Counted from the first letter of the stretch, positions 1-7,080 are shown. The stretch: DNA of 14,424 bases from Vulcanimicrobiota bacterium (GCA_003133025.1 PKZK01000056.1:1-14424); one strand, 5' to 3'. Translations and numbers: made by a program. The notes: a model not told the origin generated them from the sequence alone.

Positions 1-521
1 CCCCCGCGTCCGGGTTGCGGCCGCAGTAAGCCTTCCTCGAGCCGAATCAAGAGCGTCGCCGACTCGGGCGCACCCACGTTGCCCTCGGGGAACACCGTCG
101 TCACGCCGCCGACGTCGATGTCGTCGGCTTTGAGCGCGGTGCCGTCGGCATTCACCACTCGCGCGCCCGGCGACCAAGCCGTACCGCGCGGGGCCCGTCG
201 CCGGGCGAGCGCGACGAACGGCACCAACGCCAGCACGCCGAAGGCGCCGGCTGCATAGGCCCACATGTTTCCGAACAAGCCGCGCCGCGTGAGCGCGCCG
301 GGAGGCAGCGCTGCCGGCTGCGATGGCCCGAGCGGATGCCGCTCTTCGTGCAGGTCCGCGGGGGCGTCGAGTGCGCGCGCGAGGCCTCCGGCCGCGGTGG
401 CGAGGGCCAGAAACGCGATCGCCGCAAGCCACCCGGGCACGGCCGGATCCGCATGAAGTGCTGCGGCCACGACGGCACCGAGCGCCGCCGCGATCGCCAT
501 GCTCAAGGCGACGCGCGTCAT
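1..521 (-). CDS. qcrA: Rieske iron-sulfur subunit of menaquinol:cytochrome c reductase, actinobacterial 3-TM type (5' part only; runs off the window)
   Basis: Not in the ORF track. ATG at 521-519 overlaps the ctaE stop (ATGA). Hand translation: MTRVALSMAIAAALGAVVAAALHADPAVPGWLAAIAFLALATAAGGLARALDAPADLHEERHPLG...LTRRGLFGNMWAYAAGAFGVLALVPFVALARRRAPRGTAWSPGARVVNADGTALKADDIDVGGVTTVFPEGNVGAPESATLLIRLEEG..., open to the window edge. Two TMs, an EERH loop, an internal twin-arginine motif plus a third TM, and the TVFPEG/TLLIRL segment match QcrA-type Rieske proteins. The Fe-S ligand motifs lie outside the window. Confidence 0.85.
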   Translation of the reverse strand, partial: MTRVALSMAIAAALGAVVAAALHADPAVPGWLAAIAFLALATAAGGLARALDAPADLHEERHPLGPSQPAALPPGALTRRGLFGNMWAYAAGAFGVLALVPFVALARRRAPRGTAWSPGARVVNADGTALKADDIDVGGVTTVFPEGNVGAPESATLLIRLEEGLLRPQPGRG

Positions 522-1075
522 CGTACGAGGTAAATCGTGGCCCACAGCGCCAGCCAGATGACGAACACGAAGTGCCAATAGTATGCGACTGCTTGCACGC
601 CCGCTTGCTGATCCGCAGAGAAAGCCGGTCGGCGCAAAAATACCGTCACTGCCGTCAGGAGCACCGCTCCCGCGAGCACGTGAGCCAAGTGCGTGCCCGT
701 CAGGACGAAAAAGAGCGTGCCGTATGCGTTCGTGGCGACGTTGAAATTCGTTTGCGCCCAGTCGCGCAGCGCAACGTAAACGAAGGACAGCGCGCAAAAT
801 ATCGTTAGGACGAGCATCGCCCGAGCAACCCCTCGCCGTTGCTTGGCCGCCGCGGCTTGCGCGATGCCCATCGTCACGCTGCCGAACCCGAGCAAGACCG
901 TCCCGATCGTCGCGCCGAGCAGATCCTGCTCGGTTCCGGGAGGCGGCCAGGCCGCGCTCTGTCCGCGGACGTCGTACCACGCCGCCAGTAATCCCGCGAA
1001 GAGCATCGACTCCGACGCTAGGAATATGATGACGCCGAAAACCAACGGATGCGCGCGCACCGCGACGGATCGCAT
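518..1075 (-). CDS. ctaE: Heme-copper (cytochrome c) oxidase subunit III, short form
   Basis: 185 aa, hydrophobic. Carries the COX3 motifs FLASESMLFAGL, WPP, YGTLFFVLTGTHLAHV and YYWHFV. It lacks the N-terminal helices of long-form subunit III. Confidence 0.95.
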   Translation of the reverse strand: MRSVAVRAHPLVFGVIIFLASESMLFAGLLAAWYDVRGQSAAWPPPGTEQDLLGATIGTVLLGFGSVTMGIAQAAAAKQRRGVARAMLVLTIFCALSFVYVALRDWAQTNFNVATNAYGTLFFVLTGTHLAHVLAGAVLLTAVTVFLRRPAFSADQQAGVQAVAYYWHFVFVIWLALWATIYLVR

Positions 1076-1127
1076 GCGCCTAGCTTACCCCGCGATAGAA
1101 TCTGCAAACTCGGGGTACTTTATCGCC
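1076..1127. promoter_or_regulatory. Putative back-to-back divergent (leaderless-type) promoters for ctaE-qcrA and ctaC-ctaD-ctaF
   Basis: Minus strand reads CGGGG-TAAGCT-AGGCGC-ATG(1075). Plus strand reads CGGGG-TACTTT-ATCGCC-GTG(1128). Both have TANNNT exactly 6 nt before the start codon and no well-spaced Shine-Dalgarno sequence. The minus strand also reads GTTT-N15-GGGTA (1109-1086). Confidence 0.6.
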
Positions 1128-1811
1128 GTGCACGTGCAAACGTGGCCCCTTACGGCAACGAAGCAAGCCTCCGTCCTTGCGAACGACTGGTTCATTTTCG
1201 CTGGGAGCGGGCTGGCCGTTGCGCTGCTGGTCTGGGGCTTAATCGGTTTTGCGCTCGCCCGCTGGCGGCGACGCTCGCGACCCGGCAACGATCCCCCGCA
1301 ATTTAGAAATAATTATCCCCTCGAGATCGCCTGGACGGCAGTGCCGTTTGCGTTCGTATGCATTCTCTTTTTCTACGGCTATCGAGCTGAAGCGAGCGTC
1401 GACGCGGTCGACCCGCATCCCGACGTGATCGTCCACGTCAACGCATACCGCTGGGGATGGCAATTTCGCTACGAGGGCGGACCGCTCGTCGCGGGCGCGA
1501 CGCACAGCCCCATCATCGGTAGCAACGACGCCCCACCGCCCGAACTCGTGCTGCCCTTGAACGAAACGACGCGCATCGATCTGACCTCGAGCGACGTGAC
1601 GCACTCCTTCTGGGTGCCCGACTTCCTCTTTAAGCGCGACGCCATCCCGGGGCAGGTTTCGTCGTTCGACCTCTCACCCGACCGGCTCGGGTCGTTCCCT
1701 GGCCGGTGCGCGCAGTTTTGCGGCCTCGACCATGCGTTCATGACCTTCTTGGTGCGCGTGGTGACGCCGGCGCAGTTCGCAGCCTGGCGTCGCACGGCGG
1801 ACGCGCGATGA
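1128..1811 (+). CDS. ctaC: Cytochrome c oxidase subunit II (CuA)
   Basis: C-terminal part of the 843..1811 ORF. The start is moved to GTG 1128 (alternative GTG 1134) because the upstream extension overlaps ctaE. Two TMs, then LEIAWTAVP, AYRWGWQFRY, DVTHSFWVP and the CuA motif CAQFCGLDHAFM. No fused cytochrome c (no CxxCH). Confidence 0.95.
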   Translation: MHVQTWPLTATKQASVLANDWFIFAGSGLAVALLVWGLIGFALARWRRRSRPGNDPPQFRNNYPLEIAWTAVPFAFVCILFFYGYRAEASVDAVDPHPDVIVHVNAYRWGWQFRYEGGPLVAGATHSPIIGSNDAPPPELVLPLNETTRIDLTSSDVTHSFWVPDFLFKRDAIPGQVSSFDLSPDRLGSFPGRCAQFCGLDHAFMTFLVRVVTPAQFAAWRRTADAR

Positions 1812-3433
1812 GCGTCGTCGCGAGCCCGCGGGTCGCGCCCGCGGCACGCACCGACCTGCTCAGTTGGATCACCACGACCGACCACAAACGCATCGGCATC
1901 CTGTATCTGAACACGAGCCTGTTTTACTTTTTCGTCGCCGGCATGCTGGCGCTCGTGATTCGCACGCAACTCGCGCGACCCGGAAACTCGTTGGTCACGC
2001 CCCATGCCTACGCGCAGTTGTTTACGCTCCACGGCACCGCGATGATTTTCCTGTTCGTCGCTCCCTTCGCGCTCGGTCTGGCGAATTTTCTGATTCCGCT
2101 GCAAATCGGCGCGCCCGACATGGCCTTTCCACGCCTCAACGCAACGTCGTACTGGCTCTTTCTGTCCGGCGGCCTCGTCGTCTTTTCGGGCGCCGCAAGC
2201 AACGAGGGTGCGGCGGCCGCCGGCTGGACCAGCTACGTGCCGCTCTCGGCCATCAAAGTGAGCACCGGTCTGGGGCAAGATCTGTGGATCGTGGGCGTCT
2301 TTCTCGTTTCGGTGGCCACGATACTTACCGCGGTCAACTTCGTCACGACGGTCTTCATCTATCGCGCGCCGGGCATGACGATGTGGCGCATTCCGATCTT
2401 CACTTGGGAGATGGTGGCCACGTCGCTCTTGATTTTCATGGCCTTCCCCACGCTCGCCGCCGACCTGCTGCTGCTCTTCGTCGACCGGCGCTTGGGCGGC
2501 CACGTCTTCGCCCCCGCCGGCGGCGGCAACGTCGTGCTCTGGCAGCACCTGTTCTGGTTCTTCGGTCACCCCGAAGTGTACGTCATGATCCTGCCTTATT
2601 TCGGCGTGATCAGCGAGATTATCCCGGTATTTTCGCGGAAGCCGATCTTCGGCTACACGGGCCTCGTGCTCGCCGCGTTCGCAATCGCAGGCCTCTCCAT
2701 GGGCGTTTGGGCGCACCACATGTTCACGACGGGCGCGGTCAACAATCCGTTCTTCAGCTTCCTCTCGTTCTTGATCGCTGTGCCCACCGGCGTCAAGTTC
2801 TTCAACTGGATTGCGACTATGTGGCGTGGGTCGATCTCGTTCCAGACGCCGATGCTCTTTGCGATCGGCTTCCTGTTGAACTTTCTGCTCGGCGGCGTGA
2901 CCGGCGTGATGGTCGCTTCGCCGGCGGTCGACTACATGGCACACGACTCGTATTTCGTCGTCGCACACTTCCACTACGTGCTCGGCGGCGGCAGCCTCTT
3001 TGCGATTTTCGCCGCACTCTTCTTCTGGTGGCCGAAGATGTTCGGGGTCAAGCTCGACGAGACGCTGGGCAAGTGGTGTTTCTGGTTTCTCTTCGTGGGC
3101 TTCAACGTGACCTTTCTGCCGATGCACCTCATGGGGCTCGAAGGGATGCCGCGCCGGGTGTTCACCTACGCGAACACGGGGAGATTGCCCGAACTCAACC
3201 TGATCGCAACCTGTGGATCGTACGTCATGCTGGTGGGCACGTTGCTCTTCGCTTGGAACGTGATCGTCTCGACGGTACGGCGCAGGCCGGTCGGCGACGA
3301 TCCGTGGGGTGCGAACTCTCTCGAGTGGGCCACGAGTTCGCCACCTCCGGAGCACAACTTCGACAAGCTTCCGCCGATCCGGAGCGAGCGGCCCGTGTGG
3401 GATCTGCACCATCCGGCCGGACCCCGCACGTGA
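1808..3433 (+). CDS. ctaD: Cytochrome c oxidase subunit I, A1 family (aa3-like)
   Basis: ATG 1808 overlaps the ctaC stop (ATGA). Motifs: TTDHKRIGILY, TLHGT, GAPDMAFPRLN (D-channel), WFFGHPEVY (A1 signature), VWAHHMF, AVPTGVKFFNW (K-channel), HDSYFVVAHFHY and GMPRR. Confidence 0.98.
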   Translation: MSVVASPRVAPAARTDLLSWITTTDHKRIGILYLNTSLFYFFVAGMLALVIRTQLARPGNSLVTPHAYAQLFTLHGTAMIFLFVAPFALGLANFLIPLQIGAPDMAFPRLNATSYWLFLSGGLVVFSGAASNEGAAAAGWTSYVPLSAIKVSTGLGQDLWIVGVFLVSVATILTAVNFVTTVFIYRAPGMTMWRIPIFTWEMVATSLLIFMAFPTLAADLLLLFVDRRLGGHVFAPAGGGNVVLWQHLFWFFGHPEVYVMILPYFGVISEIIPVFSRKPIFGYTGLVLAAFAIAGLSMGVWAHHMFTTGAVNNPFFSFLSFLIAVPTGVKFFNWIATMWRGSISFQTPMLFAIGFLLNFLLGGVTGVMVASPAVDYMAHDSYFVVAHFHYVLGGGSLFAIFAALFFWWPKMFGVKLDETLGKWCFWFLFVGFNVTFLPMHLMGLEGMPRRVFTYANTGRLPELNLIATCGSYVMLVGTLLFAWNVIVSTVRRRPVGDDPWGANSLEWATSSPPPEHNFDKLPPIRSERPVWDLHHPAGPRT

Positions 3434-3807
3434 CCATCGGTCGACGGCTGTTCATCTCGTCAGCCGCTTTTGCGCTGCTGATCGCGTGCGGCTACTGGGT
3501 CGTCGCACGCGAAATAACGGGCACATTCTTGCTCGGCTTCTTAGCCTTTGCGTTGTCGTTCATCGCCGGTTATATGGTCGTCGCAGAAAAGAAGGCCGAC
3601 CTGTGGGGCGATCGCGACGACGCATCGATGGCCGAAGCCGCGGATCAGGTGATCGGCACGTACAGCATACGCTCGCCCTTGCCGTTCTGGTCGGCGCTAG
3701 CCATAACGTCGATCACCCTAGGTTTGGTGATCTCGCCCACGCTGGCAGTACTCGGTCTGCTGGCCGCGCTCGTCCTCGGCACGTTTTTCATCATACAAAG
3801 CCGCTAG
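3430..3807 (+). CDS. ctaF: Cytochrome c oxidase subunit IV, actinobacterial CtaF-like
   Basis: GTG 3430 overlaps the ctaD stop (GTGA). This is the real C-terminal part of the 1864..3807 ORF. 125 aa with about 4 TMs: GYW...EITGTFLL, an acidic loop (DRDDASMAEAADQVIG) and SPLPF, resembling the CtaF layout. Confidence 0.8.
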   Translation: MTIGRRLFISSAAFALLIACGYWVVAREITGTFLLGFLAFALSFIAGYMVVAEKKADLWGDRDDASMAEAADQVIGTYSIRSPLPFWSALAITSITLGLVISPTLAVLGLLAALVLGTFFIIQSR

Positions 3808-3824
3808 TGCACGCTGGCCGCACG

Positions 3825-3838
3825 GAGCCCGAAGGCTC
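3825..3838. terminator. Small hairpin between convergent genes (possible weak terminator)
   Basis: GAGCC-CGAA-GGCTC forms a 5-bp stem between the ctaF stop and the stop of the convergent gene. There is no U-tract. Confidence 0.25.
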
Positions 3839-4514
3839 AATTGGTGAGCGTGAGCTTAGAAAAATCGACCTTGCGCACGAGGGTGCTGCCTTCGTAGCCG
3901 AGCACGCGCACGGGAAGATGAGTCGAAGGCGACAACTCGACGACCTCGCGCGTCAAACCGCCGTCGTGCGCGGGGTCCGCCGGGGTCAGCGTGACGACAT
4001 CGACCGTTACGCCGTCGATCTGTTCGGGCGGGGCGGTTGCGAGCTTGCCCGGTTCGTGTTGGGCGTGGTCGAGAATCGCACCGAAGCTCAACTGATCGAT
4101 CGACGCGCCGCGCGTCGTCGAGACGTAGCTATCGTGCAGCGAAAAGGTCTTCTTGAAGAACGAGAGCAAGCCCCCGCGCCATCCGGTTACCGTGTCGCCG
4201 CCATCCCACGCCAAATTCGCGCCGGCGTTCGGTCCGGTGATGAGATGAATCTTCACGTTCGACGGCTTGTGGAACGCGTAGTCCATCTTCACATCGACTT
4301 CTTCGGGACCCTTACGTTCGAAGGCATTGACCGTCGTGCTGTACGCACCGAGCCCGGCCCATGCCTGGGCGAAGCCGATCAGCGGACCGGGGGCATCGAA
4401 CGCACCGGCCGGTGCGCTCGATGTCGCGATAATGGCGGCGCACCCGCCGCAAGCGGCTAAACGCAGCGAGCGGACGGCGAACGAAGCTGCTCTCTGTAGC
4501 GGCGCTGAGATCAT
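3837..4514 (-). CDS. Secreted LolA-like / DUF1571-like beta-sheet protein
   Basis: 225 aa. The N-terminal signal-like segment ends APAGA-F. Features: YAFHKPSNVKIHLITG, GLLSFFKKTFSLHD...RGASI, and a C-terminal VVELSPSTHLPVRVLGYEGSTLVRKVDFSKL, which is typical of LolA/RseB-fold ends. The family was assigned by pattern only. Confidence 0.6.
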   Translation of the reverse strand: MISAPLQRAASFAVRSLRLAACGGCAAIIATSSAPAGAFDAPGPLIGFAQAWAGLGAYSTTVNAFERKGPEEVDVKMDYAFHKPSNVKIHLITGPNAGANLAWDGGDTVTGWRGGLLSFFKKTFSLHDSYVSTTRGASIDQLSFGAILDHAQHEPGKLATAPPEQIDGVTVDVVTLTPADPAHDGGLTREVVELSPSTHLPVRVLGYEGSTLVRKVDFSKLTLTN

Positions 4515-4555
4515 ACGGCTCTATTCCCCGATTTGCGGCGATGGCCCCGCAATAC

Positions 4556-4584
4556 AGGTTAAGTCTTTGCTTTTCACATGTCTG
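4556..4584 (-). promoter_or_regulatory. Putative sigma70-type promoter for the LolA-like gene
   Basis: Minus strand CAGACA (4584-4579)-N17-TAACCT (4561-4556) in an AT-rich spacer, about 40 nt upstream of ATG 4514. Confidence 0.4.
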
Positions 4585-4603
4585 GGAACCGATTAGGCTT
4601 TGA

Positions 4604-5713
4604 TTAAAGCTCGAAGATAGCCCGCAATAGTTCATCGAGCGCTGCCAGGCTGTGCCCAGAAACGAAGCGATCGACGAAGGGAAGCGCCGCCGCCATGCCT
4701 GCAGCCAGCGGTTCATAGCCTTCGGCGGCCTTGCGTGGATTGACCCAGACGATGCGATGCGCGAGACGTTTTAGGCGCTGCATCTGCTCGGCGAGCAACG
4801 TGACGTCGCCGCGCTCCCAGCCGTCGGAGACGATGACCACCACCGCGCCGCGGGCCAAACCCCGCTGGCCCCAGCGGTCGAGAAAGGCGCGCAGCGTCGA
4901 CCCGAGCCGCGTACCGCCGCCCCAGTCGCGGGCCAACTCGGCAGCGCGGCGGAGCGCCGCTGCGGCGTCGCCTTGGCGCAATGCGCGCGTGAGCCGGACG
5001 GTGCGCGTGCCCAACGAAAACGCCTCGAACGGCGCGCCCGAGGCAACGCCGGCATGAAAGAACGCAAGCAGCGCGCGCGTCTCCTTTTCCATCGAGCCGG
5101 AGACGTCGCACAGAGCGATGACGCGCCGGCGCCGCTCCGCGGTGCGTCGAAAACTCGGCGCGATCGGTTCGCCGCCGAAGGCCATCGCGTCGCGCACGAT
5201 GCGGCGCACGTCGATGCGGCCGCGGGCGGCGCGTTCGGCGCGACGGCTCCGTCGCAAGGGCGCGGCCACCCGCAACGCCGAGAGCGCCGAGAGAAAGCGC
5301 GCAAACTCCTCGGGCGTGTAATCGGCGAAGCGTTTCTCGCTATCGACCTCCAGCGCGCTATAGCGCGCGCGTGCGAAGGTTTGACCGGTTTCGGTACGTT
5401 CGACCGACTCCTCGGCATTGGGCAGCGCCGCGATCGAGTAGCTGAGCAGTCCCCGCCGCCGGTCGGCACCCAGCGCGAGCGCAGGCAGGAAGAACGCCTT
5501 GAAGGCGCGTGCGTAGGCGGGGTATTGCTCGCGATCGGTCACGAGCGTCGCGACCCCGGCCCAGTAGACCAACTCCCGCTGAGCTACGTCGAGTTCGCCT
5601 AGGGCGCGGCCGAAACGGGCAATGCCGTCGGGCGTAACGGCGAGCCCTTCGGCGCGCAAGAGCGTCGCGAAGCGCTGCAGCGCTGCAAACGGATCGCGCG
5701 GTCGCGCGAGCAT
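4604..5713 (-). CDS. VWA-domain protein, CoxE-like
   Basis: 369 aa. MIDAS motif DVSGSM, then DWGGGTRLG, IVSDGWERGD, and IVWVNP...YEPLAAGMAAALPFVD. The N-terminal FATLLRAEGLAV segment is characteristic of CoxE-type partners of MoxR. Confidence 0.9.
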   Translation of the reverse strand: MLARPRDPFAALQRFATLLRAEGLAVTPDGIARFGRALGELDVAQRELVYWAGVATLVTDREQYPAYARAFKAFFLPALALGADRRRGLLSYSIAALPNAEESVERTETGQTFARARYSALEVDSEKRFADYTPEEFARFLSALSALRVAAPLRRSRRAERAARGRIDVRRIVRDAMAFGGEPIAPSFRRTAERRRRVIALCDVSGSMEKETRALLAFFHAGVASGAPFEAFSLGTRTVRLTRALRQGDAAAALRRAAELARDWGGGTRLGSTLRAFLDRWGQRGLARGAVVVIVSDGWERGDVTLLAEQMQRLKRLAHRIVWVNPRKAAEGYEPLAAGMAAALPFVDRFVSGHSLAALDELLRAIFEL

Positions 5714-5715
5714 GG

Positions 5716-6603
5716 CTAGGCGCCGAGTACCTTGACCAGGCCCTCGCCGCGAACGCGTTGCTGGTCTTCGCGGTATTTGAGGATGCTGCCCAAGGTCAAG
5801 TCGAGCGAGGTTTCATCGATCTCGACGGTGCCGAGGGCGAGGAGCGCGCGCGCCCAGTCGAGTCCTTCGGCGATGCCCGGCGGCTTGAAGAGATCGATGC
5901 CGCGCAGACGGCCCAAGGCCGACGCAACGTTCTCGGCGAGTTGCGCGTCGAGACCCGGCACCTTCGCACGCAGGATCGCGACCTCGCGCGCACGGGCCGG
6001 ATGCTCGACCCAATGGTAGAGGCAGCGGCGCTTCAGTGCGTCGTGCACCTCGCGCGTGCGGTTGGAGGTCAGCACCACGATCGGCCGCTCGCGCGCCTCG
6101 ATGCGGCCGAGTTCCGGAATCGTTATCGCGAAGTCCGAGAGTATTTCGAGTAAGAACGCCTCGAACTCGTCGTCGGCGCGGTCGACTTCATCGATCAGCA
6201 ACACCGCGGGCAAAGCGCCTTCGAATTCGAGCGCCTCGAGCAACGGCCGCGCGATCAGATAGTCGCGGGAATAACACGTCTTCTCGACGTCGAGCACGTC
6301 GCGGCCCGCAACTTCGGCCGCACGAATGTGCAGCAGTTGCCGGGCGTAGTTCCACTCGTAGAGCGCCTGCGATGCGTCGATGCCTTCGTAGCATTGCAGC
6401 CGGATCAACTTCGTGCCGAGCAGGCCCGAAAGCGCGCGCGCCACCTCCGTCTTCCCGACCCCTGCGTCGCCTTCGAGAAAGAGCGGTTGGCGCAAGCGCG
6501 TGGCGAGAAAGATCGCCGTAGCCAAGGGGACGTCGGCGAAGTAGCCCTGGCCTTCGAGCTGCGCCGCTAGCTCCGGCGGGTTTGCCGGAAGAACCGGAGG
6601 CAC
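5716..6603 (-). CDS. MoxR-family AAA+ ATPase, CoxD-like
   Basis: 295 aa. Walker A GDAGVGKT, RLQCYEGID...ALYEWNYARQLL, Walker B LLIDEVD, TSNRTREVHDALKRRC and KPPGIAE. Its stop is 2 nt upstream of the VWA gene start. Confidence 0.93.
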   Translation of the reverse strand: MPPVLPANPPELAAQLEGQGYFADVPLATAIFLATRLRQPLFLEGDAGVGKTEVARALSGLLGTKLIRLQCYEGIDASQALYEWNYARQLLHIRAAEVAGRDVLDVEKTCYSRDYLIARPLLEALEFEGALPAVLLIDEVDRADDEFEAFLLEILSDFAITIPELGRIEARERPIVVLTSNRTREVHDALKRRCLYHWVEHPARAREVAILRAKVPGLDAQLAENVASALGRLRGIDLFKPPGIAEGLDWARALLALGTVEIDETSLDLTLGSILKYREDQQRVRGEGLVKVLGA

Positions 6604-6612
6604 GCGCAGGCC

Positions 6613-7080
6613 CTACTGGACGTAACTGACGTTGACGCTGAAGCCGGCGGCCTCCGCGCGTTGGAGAATCGCCAGAACCTGTTCGATCTCTTCGTCGATA
6701 TTGACGATCTCGCGGGCGGTCACCCCGGCGGGCGCGGCGTGCTGCCAGAGGAGCCGGCGCGCCGTCTGGAGCGCCGTTCGTAAGCGTTGCGGAGTCGCTT
6801 CGAGCACCGGCCAATCCTCGTACGACGAGGCGGGCACGACGCGCCAGCCGCGGCCGGCGAGTTCTTCTTCGTCGACCATCGCATTGGGAATCGCGGCCAA
6901 CAATTCGATCGCGTCGCGTTCGCTCGCGTCGAGCGGCAAACCCATGTCGGCCAAGCGCACGACGTAACGATAGAAGGCGAGGCTACCCACGTTGTAGGTC
7001 CCCGCAGGCGAGCCCACGCTGACGTGGATCGTTGCGTCCGATCCACGGTCGTGGGTGTGTTCGCCGTGTGAGTAGTTCAG
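6613..7080 (-). CDS. Hypothetical cytoplasmic protein (start uncertain)
   Basis: The frame fills the gap between the Ldh_2 gene and MoxR, with G/C-ending codons up to about 7080. Candidate starts are CTG 7080 (overlapping the upstream TGA), GTG 7017 and ATG 6945. No recognised motif. Confidence 0.7.
   Translation of the reverse strand: MNYSHGEHTHDRGSDATIHVSVGSPAGTYNVGSLAFYRYVVRLADMGLPLDASERDAIELLAAIPNAMVDEEELAGRGWRVVPASSYEDWPVLEATPQRLRTALQTARRLLWQHAAPAGVTAREIVNIDEEIEQVLAILQRAEAAGFSVNVSYVQ

Noticed and set aside
843..1127. N-terminal extension of ctaC given by the ORF track
   Set aside because: It overlaps ctaE on the opposite strand and the divergent promoter. GTG 1128 fits much better.
1469..3412. 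647-aa ORF antisense to ctaC/ctaD
   Set aside because: Shadow frame of a GC-rich gene with biased codons. It has no recognisable motifs, while the sense strand carries the full COX1 signature.
1864..3429. Long Arg-rich N-terminal extension of the ORF ending at 3807 (apparent overlap or frameshift fusion with ctaD)
   Set aside because: Off-frame reading of ctaD. Protein-like sequence starts only at GTG 3430, which forms a standard GTGA overlap.
3309..4460. 383-aa plus-strand ORF
   Set aside because: It overlaps ctaD/ctaF out of frame and the LolA-like gene in antisense, and has low-information Arg-rich composition.
4440..4470. LAAC lipobox-like motif in the LolA-like protein
   Set aside because: It is not preceded by a clean hydrophobic h-region. 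The hydrophobic stretch follows it and ends in an AGA signal peptidase I-like site.
4604..6603. Calling this a CO dehydrogenase (cox) cluster
   Set aside because: No coxL/M/S or other Mo-enzyme gene is in the window. CoxD/CoxE-like genes alone do not show CO oxidation, and they are unrelated to the cytochrome oxidase genes despite the shared 'cox' name.
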